Of a DNA stretch of 64,000 nt, positions 48,208-61,329 are shown one piece after another (within the stretch, counting starts at the first letter, position 1; each line of letters opens with the position of its first letter). The DNA is taken from contig OX597817.1 in assembly GCA_951406725.2 (NCBI GenBank), positions 52,390,001 through 52,454,000 of the forward strand, written 5' to 3'. The notes beneath the pieces were generated by a model. It was not told the origin of the DNA, made no database searches, and saw nothing but the letters and a program-made list of their open reading frames with translations. Source of the DNA: Octopus vulgaris (taxonomy: Eukaryota). Both the position numbers and the translations under genes were made by a program.

Positions 48208-49279
48208 CATGTGAAGGATTCCTAAGCTGCCAAGTCCTTCTTTTCCAGATTGGTCTGGTTTTTGGCATCCTTTTGGCCTTGAGTTTAAAGTCACTAATAA
48301 CTAATCTATGCTGAGGGATACATTCTTCACCAGAAGAAGGCCAAACAAACTGCACTGAGACTTGACTGTTTTCACTACCTCCTCTCTCTTTTCTGCTGCT
48401 GCTATTATGATCGCTGCTCCTCAGAGCTGACTGGGGTCATGCTGCCATTGCATCCACTGTTGTGTCCAATTTCCCTGGCTCTGAACTAATCACCACACGA
48501 TATTGTTTCCTCTAGAATCGTTCCCTGCTCATGTCTTTCCTGCAGAGGTTAACTTCTACGGTTAAGAGGAACGTTAATAGCATCCAACCTTGGAGGGCCT
48601 GCTAAAGCCCTAATCACTGCTCCCTCCTCCAAATTCAATAATATCACCTGAAATTGTACACGAATTTAATTATTTTCATCTGATGTCAACAGTGGTGCTA
48701 GCTATTCATTTGAAACCTGTTGAGGCTCATCATCATTGTTTAATGTCCACTTTCCATGCTAGCATGGGCTGGACGATTTTGACTGAGGAATGGCGAACCA
48801 GACGGCTGCACCAGGCTCCAATCTTGATCCAGCAGATTTTCTACAGCTGGATGCCCTTCCTAATGCCAACCACTCTGAGAGTGTAGTGGGTGCCTTTTAT
48901 GTGCCACCGGCACGGGGGCCAGTCAGGCAGTACTGGCAATGACCTCGCTTGAATCTTTTTACATGTGCCACTGAAGTGATGTTGGTAACAATCACGCTCG
49001 AATGGTGCTCTTTTACGTGCCATGGGTACGGAAGCCAGTTGGCTGCTCTGGCAACGATCACGCTCGGATGGTGCTCTTGGCACAGTACTGTAATGCTCAG
49101 CTTGAACAATGTAAATCGCACCAACTTAATTTGCGTCAACTTTATGCTTCTTATATAATTTGTTTACTAAAATATGGGTTAACAGTGATTTATAGACTTT
49201 TTCCAATTAACTTTTCTGCTGCAGCTATTCCTTGCTATGACAGGTTCCTCAACTACGTTTTTTTTTCTTCTCTTATGTA

Positions 49280-49700
49280 AAGTGACTTCTCTGAGAGAAT
49301 GACTTTCCACATTCCTTACATTTTAATGGTGTTTTCCTTCCTGTATTTTAATGGTATTTTAATGGTGTTTTCCTTCCTGTATTTATCCTCTCCTTTATGG
49401 TTAAGTTAGAAGAACTGAAGAATTTTTTTCCAACATACCTTATATTAGACTGGTTTCTCATTCTATGTATTCCCTCAAATTACAAGAGCCAGAGAATATC
49501 TTTCCACATTCCTTACACTAGAATGGTTTTTCAACTGTGTGTATATTTATTCTTTCAAGTTAAATTCCAAGAGCCAGAGAATGTCTTCCCGCATTCCTTG
49601 CATGAGAATGATGTTTCTCTTGCATAGATTCTCTCTTGTTAAGTTCAAGACTTAGAGACTATCTTCCCATGTTCTTTACACTAGAATAGTTCCTCAACTC
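49280..49700 (-). pseudogene. Decayed C2H2 zinc-finger repeat array, block 1
   Basis: Minus strand reads EKPF*CKECGKIF and CKECGKTF with about 85-nt periodicity. Confidence 0.55.
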
Positions 49701-50159
49701 TATCTTCTTAAATACGTAATTAATTACTACAATTACTGAAATAGCATCATTCACCCAGGCTGGGTTCAGTTGGCTCTGAGCAATGAGTTCACGTTCTCTA
49801 CGAGTGCTGACCACATCTGATGGTCAACCACACTCAAGGCTGTAATGGGTGCCCACTCCCAGTTCCACTGCCGATGACCACAGATGTTGGGACCTGATTG
49901 TGCTTTCATGTCTGTCTTTACCTTTGCCAGCCATGTCTTCAATTACTCTCCAGCTTCTTTGTGCCAGTTTAGGAGGAAAACCGGCTTGACTGTCTTGCGA
50001 AATTATTCTCTTAGAAGCTGACAGACATTATGGTCAATCCACCTTTTTAGACATCTTGTGAATAGAGCTTGTTTCTGAGAGTTGAGACAGCTGTGTTGTC
50101 TTATTTTGGGATTGGAAGTGAAGTCTTGTAGGAGAACAGGTAGAATTTGACTCTTACAC

Positions 50160-51200
50160 AGTTCAGTAATTTAAAATGCACACACGAGGCAATAATCCTC
50201 TTACTTTTTACAATAAACAGTCTTTTTGAGGTAATACACCCCTTACAAAAATGTCCAGCAGTTCAACTTTTCTGTCTGACCAGGCTCCTCGCTTCATTGA
50301 AGCACCTGGTCGGTTTCAAACTTGAACATTTCATCATGTACTTGAAGTAGTCCTCTGGGAAGGAATTCATTATCCTGCACAGATCGGTCTGCCATATGAC
50401 CTCCGCAGCCACCTGCGAAGGCTACTCAAGGTCCTCCATGTAAGACAGATGCCCCTCCCACCGGCCCTTCCTTTCAATTTTGCCATTTACACTTTGTAAT
50501 GTTCCTCCCTTGTGGAAGAGTACCACAAATTCCTCCTCCAGTGGCACACCTGCCAAAGGAGCATTGGGACACACCGGCAGCATGTCACAAACTGCCGGCA
50601 ATGTCCCGTTTTTCTTTTTTCTTTTCTTTTTCCCTTGGACCGTGGGAGTGTGGTGTTCCTTTGCTGTGTCTGGCAGGTCCTCCCTTCCTCCCGCAGCCCT
50701 CGGGTCCTTCGGTGGGCAACCATTGTTGCCCACCTTTCGCTTTCATTTTTTCGAGGAGGTTTCCCCCTCCTCGACATCCTCCACCTTCTCTCTCTCCAAT
50801 GAGGGAGCAGGGAGTGATGCCTCTATTAACTGCTCCAGGACCCTATTTTGGTGCAGTTTTTCTTGATGTGGCTGGTTTCTAGGCACAGGTGACACTTGGG
50901 AGGGGGGCGTCCCTCGAGCATCACCAGATACCTAGACCTGGCTATCCTCAAAAAATCTGAGAAAACCAGACTTTCAGCTGATTGAGCCCATAGGATCAAA
51001 ACAGCTTCTGCCCCCTCCCAATCAGCCGCAGGCAGAATTTTTACATTGAGCAGCTTGGTACTGCTACCACCCAGACCCTGGCAACAAGTCCTACAGGACT
51101 CAAAGAGCAAAAAGTCTTACCTTACGGTAGAGCGTCTTACAAATTGAACTTTCGTCCACTGCACACCAGCGTGACGACTTCAGCAGTCAAGTGAAGAACG
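50160..51200 (-). mobile_element. Internally deleted L1/Tx1-like ORF1 and 5' region
   Basis: VMLEGRPPPKCHLCLETSHIKKNC zinc knuckle followed by a basic low-complexity region. Confidence 0.65.
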
Positions 51201-52339
51201 ACTGACAACCGGAACCGGAAGCAAGCTTCTTACCAAAAAACCATACCTGTGCCTAATTCTTAATATTTTTTCCGTTTTTGAATTCATTAGCAAGCTTCAA
51301 TGGATTCAGTGTTGTAACTTCGTTTATCAGCTGTAACAAGGATGAAAGGTCTGGAACACTTGAGGTGTGCAGGTCTCATCCTGTTACATTGAATTATTTG
51401 TTGAAGGAAAACCAAGACTTTGAATATCTTCAACAGCATAAATAATATTTATTTTTCTGGATTCGCAATAATATATATACATATATTTCCTTCAGTGCGA
51501 AATGGTAGCCATGGGAGCTAGCCACTGTCGTTAAATGTTGTGAACCAAATGCTGTCTTGTTCCTGCATAGTGTAGCATCGCCACATGGTGGCAGCTTGGG
51601 AGAGATGTGATAACGTGTCCGTTCAATTTGGTGTCTGCTTCGAGAGAGATCGATACAGCGGGAAATCTTGCTGTTGCTAGTTCTCTGCACATGAGGGGAC
51701 TTCTGGCGGCCCCCCGGAAGAAATCCAACTCTGCACATGCGCGCTGAAGACTTCCAAAATAGCGTCACTACACAATCACAGCTTGCTTTTGCAGTGCGCA
51801 TGAGGGCAGCCATACCATATATTGCATTGCATCATCACTTTCCTAAGTTTAATTGCAGTTGTGGTGTTTCTATTCTCCATCAAGGTCTTTGCTTGGATAA
51901 GGAAGAATCTCAGTTCTTCTTCCCATGAATCGATTCCCAAATAGTTTCTCTGGTAGCCATCTTTCAGTGTCAGAGCAAGCTGCAACCAGCTTCTATTTTT
52001 GTTGACCAACTGAGGGAAGCGGGGATTATGAAAGAGTTGCTCATTGATAAGTTTCAGCCTTAAGCTTCCCATGAATGCCAACCGGAGCACCTGAGTGTAG
52101 CAACTGTCAACAGAGAATTGTTGTGATTCTTGTTGTGAAAATTCTCTTCTTGAGTAGTTTCCACACTCCTTAATGCCCCTATCAGAATCCACTATAAATA
52201 ATCCTCAGTGCCTGAAGTTAGAAGACTCTCTTACAGGGGCCATCTTCATTGACCTTGAACAGATTCTTGTCAACTATGTTACAGACCATAAAACTTGTCT
52301 CTAAAAGTAATTTGACTTTCTGAATGTGATCTTATATAT

Positions 52340-52572
52340 TAAAGTTACTAAAGCCAGAGAATATCTTTCCACATTCCTTACACTAGAATGGTTCTTCAAC
52401 TGTTTATATATTTATTCTTTCAAGTTAAACTACAAGAGCCAGAGATTGTCTTTCCACATTCCTTACACTAGAATGGTTTTTCAACTGTTTATATATTTAT
52501 TCTTTCAAGTTAAACTACAAGAGCCAGAGATTGTCTTTCCACATTCCTTACACTAGAATGGTTTTCCAACTG

Positions 52573-52617
<45 letters not shown>

Positions 52618-52765
52618 TTTCAAGTTAAACTACAAGAGCCAGAGATTGTCTTTCCACATTCCTCACACTAGAATGGTTTTCCAACTGTATATATATATTC
52701 TTTCAAGTTAAACTACAAGAGCCAGAGATTGTCTTTCCACATTCCTTACATCAGAATGGTTTCTT
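52340..52765 (-). pseudogene. Decayed C2H2 zinc-finger repeat array, block 2 (about 5 units of 85 nt, one expanded by (TA)n)
   Basis: Unit gaaaaaccattctagtgtaaggaatgtggaaagacaatctctggctcttgtagtttaact reads EKPF*CKECGKTISGSCSLT. Confidence 0.65.
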
Positions 52766-54088
52766 TACTCTATCTTTTTGACTATAATTGGTAAAGTAAA
52801 AACCACATCATCATGGAATACATAAAACTTCAAAATGAAGAGATTTTCTTTTTGTATGGCACTGTCAACTGTAGCCTACGTTTACAGAACTGCCTTTAGA
52901 TATCTATCTATCTATCCGCTCAGTTGAAGTCGACTCTCGGTTACTCGTTGGATCAGTGTCCTCCAGTAAGTTCTATCCTGGGCCGCTTCTTTCAGATTGG
53001 CTATGTCCATTCTGATATCACTCTTGATGGTATCAAGCCAGGTGGGTTCTTGGTCGGCCTCTTCCTCTCTTGCCACTGACCATTCCGAGCATGATGTCCT
53101 TCTCCAGGGATTTTCTCCGCATAATATCATCGAAAACATGCACTTTATATGGAAAGAATTTAAGTTGATGCACTGCTCGGTGAGTTGATGTTAGAGATAT
53201 CCTAGTTTCTTGAGACAAACGCCTCAAAGACTTTCGTGGGCTCCTCTGCAGTTTGTTGGTAACATTCTGTAAGACTGTATCTGTAACGACTTTTGGGCGG
53301 CCACTTTTGGGTTTGTCTTGAACACTTCCAGTTTTTTTGAACTTATGCAACAAAGCGGAAACACAATTTCGATGCGGCAAACGTTCTGCACCAAATTTTT
53401 CTTGAAATGACTCTTGCACTTCTTTTGTGTATTTGCCACCATCTCGGAAAACATTTTCAACAATAAATATCCTTTCTTGTAAGGTAAGCACCATTTTCAA
53501 AGGGTCCCTGAAACAAAAGAATATTTAATATAAATATCTAAAATTTAGATATCTAAATTATCTAAATATAATATTTAAAATCTTTTGGGAAAACATTTTC
53601 AACTATAAATATCCTTTCTTGTGTTCAGTGCACTGTTTCTTTATGTATATATTCTTTCAAGTTAAACTACAAGAGCCAGAGATTGTCTTTCCACATTCCT
53701 TACATCAGAATGGTTTCTTTACTCTATCTTTTTGACTATAATTGGTAAAGTAAAAACCACATCATCATGGAATACATAAAACTTCAAAATGAAGAGATTT
53801 TCTTTTTGTATGGCACTGTCAACTGTAGCCTACGTTTACAGAACTGCCTTTAGATATCTATCTATCTATCCGCTCAGTTGAAGTCGACTCTCGGTTACTC
53901 GTTGGATCAGTGTCCTCCAGTAAGTTCTATCCTGGGCCGCTTCTTTCAGATTGGCTATGTCCATTCTGATATCACTCTTGATGGTATCAAGCCAGTGGGT
54001 TCTTGGTCGGCCTCTTCCTCTCTTGCCACTGACCATTCCGAGCATGATGTCCTTCTCCAGGGATTTTCTCCGCATAATATCATCGAAA
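52692..54088. repeat. About 443-bp direct duplication (52692-53135 and 53646-54088) flanking a transposase fragment
   Basis: The two copies are near-identical apart from a 1-nt indel. Confidence 0.9.
53136..53510 (-). mobile_element. Tc1/mariner (rosa/maT-like) transposase N-terminal HTH fragment
   Basis: MVLTLQERIFIVE...FQEKF...PHRNCV..L.HKFKKTGSVQDKPKSGRPK...RSPRKSLRRLS. Confidence 0.8.
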
Positions 54089-54470
54089 TATGCCAATCTA
54101 TGCTTGGTGATCCTAGCTTCTAGCGACATTTTCGGCCTTATCTGCTTAAGAACTTCTCCATTGATGAGCCTCGCTGTCCATGGAATCTGCAAAAGTTTTC
54201 TCCAACACCAAAGCTTGAATGCATTAATTCTCTTCTGGTCAGCTTTCTTTAGTGTCCAGGTCTCGCATCCATATGTTACTATTGGGAAGACAATCTGCAT
54301 TTGGTATCAAGTCTGATGTCTCTACTCTTCCAGACCCTGCTCATGCTGACCATTGCCTCTCTGCCTTGTACTATCTGCCGTCTTATTTCTGGAGTGCAGT
54401 CACCATCTCGATTTATTTTGGAGCCAAGATGAAATCATCAACCACTTCGATCTCTTCATTATCGATCTTT
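53855..54470 (-). mobile_element. 5'-truncated RTE/BovB-like LINE with (GATA)n tail
   Basis: IVFPIVTYGCETWTLKKAD..RINAFKLWCWRKLLQIPWTAR...GKRGRGRPRTHWLD. Confidence 0.9.
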
Positions 54471-54789
54471 AGATATACTACAACTGTTTTCTGTGGTGAA
54501 AGATTCACACTAACAGCATGAGTTAAACTTGGTCATTGTAGTTGATGTGTACATGTTGTTGACAATGGTAATGTCAGCGGCAGGGATGGAGATCGTCCTG
54601 AGAAGCGGGTGTATATTAGTGTCGTCGTAGCTGAAGCTGGAGCATGGCTGGCAGGTTGGTCATCTGTAGCTGGAACTGGAACATGGCTGAGTAGCTCTGT
54701 GGTCAGTGACTAGGCCTTAAAAGGTCTGGAGCCTTCTGTCATGGAAAGACAGAGCAATTTATAAACTTATCAAGGTCTGTAACTAGCAG

Positions 54790-56470
54790 TCATTCCCTTG
54801 AACATATAAAGAGATAATGATAATAATCTTTTCTTTATTGGCCACAAAGGTTAAACACAACAAAAAATACAATATAAAAGCAAGGGACAAGTGGGAGCCC
54901 AATGCAAAATGTGTAAACAATAAAATAACAAAGTGTAAAAAAAAAAAACTCCCTGAAAAGTGGGGGTGTTCCACCCAGGGGCAATCAAGGAATCCCACTC
55001 TTCTTTGTCACCCCATTCACCAAGAGCATCCCAGGTAGGTATCCTTCTCCATTTCATCCCTTCTGGCTTAAAGGCAGGTGTTCAGAGTAGGTCCATTCAC
55101 AGGGGCCATCCTTGTCATATTCGCCCACCTTTCAACAAAATACAGAAGGCAGTTCTGTAAACTATCTACTGGCCTAAAGAATACTCTATCTAGATATCTG
55201 GAAAACCCAATGGTGTTTGCTTGTGTCCACATTGGCACATTTGGGAAATCCAGTCGGTACCTGTTAACCAACTGGAAGTGACTGAGCATGTTTGTTAGGC
55301 TTTTACACCCACATCTCCTATTGGCTAGCCTCACCTAATCCAGGCGTGCGTCTGAGATGATGTCCCAACCACCCTACAGTTGGAGAGTGGTTGGTCCAAC
55401 GTCCAAATGTTGTTAGGGTTCCTTTGGTAGCCCCTTTAGAAATCTGTTGATGGCTTTTATATTAGGGGCTCCCAAGTTGTAGGGGAAAACCTTCCTAGTA
55501 TTTTTGTGCTTCGCTAGTGGCATGCATGCTAACATTGAAGTTTCTGGCACTCTAGAAGTACTGGTGTTGTAAATTGCACCCCGCCTCTCTCACTATTTTT
55601 ATTTCGTACTATGAGGGCCGTCAATTCTTCATTGGCTCTCACTACCATGAAATTTGGAGTCGCTGTGGTTGACTGTTCTTTATGGGTGAAGTGGGGTTCT
55701 GATAGTGTTGGTGATGCTTGTGGTTGTTGTTGGTGGTGTTGTTGACGTGTCTATATTCATTGTGAGAACATTTTCTGATGTGTGTGCTGGTGTGAGGCAA
55801 AGTTTCTTGCTGTTTCAATTTTTATTTTGGTTTTTGGGATTCCTCTTCATCTTTACTTGAAGATGTGGAGGAACCAGTGCCTGCAGAATCTCTCGGATAT
55901 GGCTGGTGCAACTTTCATATTGCTCTAGCCACTGTTGCTGTTGTTACTACACTTTTCTTGCCTTGTTGTAGGTGTTGTCATTATTGTAGCAGCAGTGCAG
56001 TCCTTTCTCCTCTTTTGTTTTTGTTGTGTTGGCAGAACGCCCGTAGATGATTTGTCATTCCACAGACATGGCATCTCAGTTGTCTGCCCTCCACAATGAC
56101 TCGTACTCTGCTCCATTCAGCAGGGAGATTAGGTCTGGGATCCTCTTCATCTGGTTTGGCTTTACATGGAGAAGTACCTCCAATGTGATCCCAGTCCAGT
56201 TCTCCCCTTTTTTTCTTAACATCCAGGAGAGTTTCACTGTCATTCAATACCACATAAACAAGAAGCCACCACAAATCTAGTTCTGGTGGCATTCCTTGTA
56301 TTGTAATTTTTACTGCCTTTCTTCCCAAATATGTAGGAAAGAGTATGAAACCTTCATAGTGGGCTACCACCAGGTGCTGGATTGTCAGTGCCTCTGTCTT
56401 AAATAACACTTCGACTTTGCTGAATTCTCTTACCCTAGATTCATGGCCATATCATGTAGGGCCCTTTCAA
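54790..56470 (-). mobile_element. Degraded L1/Tx1-clade LINE (ORF1 knuckle, APE fragment, 3' tail)
   Basis: VIVEGRQLRCHVCGMTNHLRAFC; SRYLDRVF; T-rich 3' UTR. Confidence 0.75.
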
Positions 56471-57061
56471 TTTAAGCATTCATGGCTGTTTACAGATGCT
56501 TAGGTTTGAGGCTGATGCATCTAAATGTCACAATTTTCTGAGCTGTTGCAGCTAGAATATCAGGAAGTGGGTGGTGTCAAGCTCTGCTCGTCTCCCCTCA
56601 ATTTTTCTAAATCAAGTCACATCCATCAATTTTGAGGCTTTATCCTACAGGGAGAAAGCAAAACGTTCTTTTATGGCAGCCATGCCCTCTAATGAAACCT
56701 GACTATTGTTGCTGTTGGTGGTGGTGGTGTTACTTTATTTTTGCTCCCCCCCCTGCAAATATTGCTACCACTGCTGTTTCCTTCCACTTTGCTGTTGCTA
56801 TTAGTGTTAGTACTACTGCTGCCACCATTGTTGCTGTCAGTTCTGCCATTACCACTGCTGTCGCTATCACTGCCAGCACAGCTACCGAGGCCTTCTTTGC
56901 AAATGCTGTTGTTGCTGTTGTTGTTGTTTAGTAACTACCGGCTGGATAGTTGGTTAGTGCTGCTCCTCAATCACCACCTGCTTCTGCCCCATCTTCAGCC
57001 ATCTCTCCCACACCTTGAGTGCCAGTCTGGGCTCCTTTGCAATCACCTTGGGGTCTGTCAT

Positions 57062-57665
57062 GGGTGCTTTTTGGATGGGACCAGCCCAGGTACATTTTGT
57101 GTGGCACCAGCATGGTGCTTTTAGTGTGACACCAATATGAATGCATTTTGTGTGACACCAGCCCAGGTGCTTTTTTGTGTGGCACCAGCCCAGGTGCTTT
57201 TTTGTGTGGCACCAGCCCGGGTGCTTTTTTGTGTGGTACCAGCCCGGGTGCTTTTTTGTGTGGCACCAGCCCGGGTGCTTTTTGTGCGGCACCAGCCCGG
57301 GTGCTTTTTTGTGTGGCACCAGCCCGGGTGCTTTTTTGTGTGGCACCAGCCCGGGTGCATTTTGTGTGGCACCAGCCCGGGTGCATTTTGTGTGGAATCA
57401 GCCCGGGTGCTTTTTTGTGTGGCACTAGCCCGGGTGCTTTTTTTGTGTGGCACCAGCCCTGGTGTATTTTGTGTGGCACCAACCCTGGTGTATTTTGTGT
57501 GGCACCAGCCCGGGTGCATTTTGTGTGGCACCAGCCCAGGTGCTTTTTGGGTGGTACTTGCATGGGTGCTTTCTGCGTGACATCAGAGCGGGTACTTTCT
57601 ACATATAGCCAGTATGGGTGCTTTCTTTTCATGTGATTCCAGCATTGGTGCTTTTTTTGATGTGA
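57062..57665. repeat. 28-30-bp minisatellite gcaccagcccgggtgc(t)4-7gtgtg
   Basis: About 20 units, degenerate at the edges; each unit contains gcacc...ggtgc. Confidence 0.95.
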
Positions 57666-59877
57666 TGCTAGCATGGGTACATTTGTTAAAGATGTTTCAA
57701 TTCTTGCTTTCTTGCTTCAACTACAGAATAAACTAAACCAGGCCACCATATTAAACTTCTTGCTTTTTTTTTTTTTTACTGTTTGGCAAATGTCTGTGTA
57801 TTTTAAGAATATTTCCTCTGGACACTTCATTTTTGTATTTGATTCACAAGATTCTTGATGTGAATTCGTGTGTTGAAACAAATCTTGTCTTGGGTGGGGT
57901 CATTATGCCAATAATAATAAACTCACATGCAGGTTCAATATCACTTCTTTATTGTTAGTCAGTTGTTTAAATACCTAACCAATTAACTAGTTGATCATTT
58001 GTTTAATGTTCTGGTTAAACAGTTGGTTGTATGTCAACGTCCTTTTCTAGCGCTTGCCCTCTCTTTCTATTTCCCATTCGAAATATATAGTTTGCAAAGT
58101 GACAACTAGTCACTGATTTATAAATTAGAAAATTACTATCTTTAAATCTCACAACGTGAGATATTCAGCAACAGTACTTTGTAGTAAAGATTATTTGCCA
58201 ACATAACATGGCAATATGTCTCCTGGGGCTAAATTACAGCAACATTAGTCCTAAACCAGGACTGCCATGTTATGTTGGCAAACAATCTTTACTATATAAT
58301 TTGTATGTTCAACACGTCCTTCGTTTGTGTGTTCAGTCACAATTATGGCAATTAACATGTGCTGTTTTAGCTGTGATTTTTTTTTTTATATCTCTTAACT
58401 GTAGTTTTCTTATTGTATGATTTATTCTTACTAAAAAATTTCTCTTCTTCATTTATGCTGGTTTTCCCTATAAGGAAATCAATATTTCAGAGAAAGTTTG
58501 TTGTTGGTTGTTAATCAGCACCAAGCTGGCAGAATCATTAGCACGCTACACAAAACGCCTAGTGGCATTTCGTCTGTCTTCATGCTCTGAGTTCAAATTC
58601 TGCCAAGGTCAGCTTTGTTTTTCATTCTTTCAGGGCCAATAAAATAAGTACCAGTTGAGCACTGGGGTCAATATAATCAGCTTACCACCTCCCCCCAAAT
58701 TTGTTGGCCATATGCTAACATTTGAAACCAATAGTGATACTAATTCTGTATTAATTTAAATATCCGTATGTGGCCGATGCCAGCACCGCCTTGACTGGCT
58801 TCCGTGCCGGTGGCACGTAAAAAGCAACAACTGATCGTGGCCGTTGCCAGCCTCCCCTGGTACCTGTGCCAGTGGCATGTAAAAAGCACCCACTACACTC
58901 ACGGAGTGGTTGGTGTTAGGAAGGGCATTCAGCTGTAGAAACCTTGCCAGATCAGACTGGAGCCTGATGCAGCCTCCTGGCTTCCCAGACTCTGGTCGAA
59001 TTGTCCAACCCATGCTAGTATGGAAAACGGACGTTAAACAATGATGATTATGTAGGAATTCCAATATTTTTATTTTGATTACCATGCACTGTAATCCTAA
59101 TAAAAAAATAAATCACTTTATCTTTTGCTTAGGGGTTTCCCCTTCAGCTGACTCATCAAAACCCGTCTTGTATTTTAAAAATAGTCTTTTATTGGTGCAT
59201 TATTCCTTTGTACTTCAGTTTATAAGTTATTAGCAGCTAAGTCTGGTTTCACCTGGTCTGTTTGGATGATGTGGCTGTGATCGTTTTCGGTTAGGCATAA
59301 TCTATAACAGCGTTTCTCAACCATATCATTTTGGGTCCCCTGTTTCAATTGGAGCCTCCAGCTATATGAAAATTTCTTGACCCCACCCTGTCAGAAAACA
59401 GCTTCTAAGCAACTGGTTGTTTTAATCGATTTTCTCGGTAAGTATGGGGGCTAGGAAAAAAATACAAACTGCATTCCAATCTATGCACCCGTCTCCACAT
59501 GTGTGCCATTTTTCACGCGAATCCACCCAGCCGTTTGGCTGTGAACCTCAAGACAAGAAAGAACACAACGATCGCCCATGTTCAATTTATATTATAGATT
59601 AATCTGTCAATGGATTTAACAAACTTTTCCACATTTTTAATGTGAAGTTGTATGGCACCTTCAATATTTACCTGGGAAAACATCTAAAATGGGTTCTGTT
59701 TGAAAATACAAAAATCCTGCAGTGATATTCAACCAATGAATTCTGAATTGGTGGTCAAATATTTTACCAGTCATCACATTTCAATTCCAACCCACCTGAC
59801 ATTGCTCCTGGTTCTTTGGTACAGACTTTCTGTTTTAAAGTAATCTTAAATTAAAACCTTCCATCAAAATTTTACAT

Positions 59878-60088
59878 TAACACGTCAATTGCCACATGTA
59901 CAGAGATGGACATTTTTGAAAAATTCACAAAATCATTAATACATTTGGTAGTTAACATGTTGACTGCCACATGTACAGACGGACATTTTTGAAAAATTCA
60001 CAAAATCATTAATACATGTGGCAGTTAACATGTTAACTGCCACATGTACAGAGACGGACATTTTTGAAAAATTCACAAAATCATTAAT
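59878..60088. repeat. About 78-bp tandem triplication that includes the left terminus of the DD41D element
   Basis: gccacatgtacagag..ggacatttttgaaaaattcacaaaatcattaat occurs three times. Confidence 0.85.
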
Positions 60089-61329
60089 TTTAGCTGCAAA
60101 CAAATTTTATTGACATCAATATATTCGTATTGGAATTAGCATTTGTCAAAATCACTTGTGGGAAACAACATCCATCATGTGGTGTCTGCCTTGTTCGAGG
60201 CATTTCTGAAGGCGTTCTTGGAAGTTGGCCTCCACTCTCTTCAGCATTGCTCTGTCAATTTGGGTGACTTCACTGTGAATAGCTTCCTTCAAATCATCCA
60301 ATGAACGGGGCTTATCCACATACACACATGCCTTGAGGTTTCCCCACAAGAAATAATCACACATGGACAAATCAGGGGGCCGAGGGGGCCAAGGAATGTC
60401 AGCAAACCTGGAAATGAGGTGGTCATTGAAGCAAGGGTGGAGAACGTCCATTGATGCTCTGGCTGTGTGGGCCGTCACCCCATCCTGCTGAAATCACATA
60501 TGTCTAATAGGCCTGTTTTTGTTGTAATTCAGGCACAAAGAAGTCGTTTATCATCTCAATGTAACACTCAGAGTCCACAGTAACAGCTTTTCCATTATTG
60601 TCTTCAAAAAAGTCAAAAACCAATGATGGCAGCTTTTCCAACAGCATACCAGACTTTTGGGCTGTGCAGTGGTCTTTGGTGCAGTTCTCTCAAATTTTCA
60701 AGAGTCATCATCATCATTGTTCAACCGTGGTCGAGACAATGGAATTTACTATATTATGCCAGACCTCACGGTCCATCATAGCATTACGGAGGTCCTGTTG
60801 CTGGATGCCTGTATCCCTGGAGATTAATTACATCAGGGTAGGAGAGTGTGCGCCCTCTGGTATCGCGAGCAGATGGCTTCCAGAGGAGAAGAGTAGAAAT
60901 TACCTCGTTTTTAGCTCTACAACAATGTCCAGCAAACTGGATTCTTCTACCTTTCACAAGAGATGATACAGGTGGTAATTTCCCATATATTTGTACTTTG
61001 GTTGGATGACGCATTCATGAGAGATTTTGAGCTCTCATAAGGAGGCGAGTGTAAGTTCCATCCAACCGCTTCTCAAGAGTCCTATAATGACAGTTCTGTT
61101 GATTCACCATGACATTGAGATGAAAATGAGCTTCGTCAGTTATTAGTAGAATGGGGTTATCATTTACCTCAAAAATTGCTTCCATCTGACATGCAAAGTT
61201 AAGCCACCATGGCTTCACCTGAAAAGAAAAACGACGCTAAGACATCACAGACCAAATATTACCTGTTGGACATATGTCCCACCCCCTGGGGCTGAGTAAT
61301 AGCCATTTCAAAAACGTCTGTCCTCTCTG
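60049..61329 (-). mobile_element. Degraded Tc1/mariner DD41D (rosa-type) transposon with a nested RTE 3' fragment (about 60705-61077)
   Basis: ITDEAHFHL, FQQDG-TAHTA, WPPRPPDLSMCDYFLWG with 41 residues between the second and third Asp; imperfect TIRs cagag..ggacatttttgaa / ttcaaaaacgtc..ctctctg; insert reads KRLDGTYTRLL...RRIQFAGHC. Confidence 0.8.

Noticed and set aside
56954-57674. Repetitive ORFs and a CRISPR-like appearance
   Set aside because: Head-to-tail minisatellite without unique spacers, in eukaryotic DNA with no cas genes.
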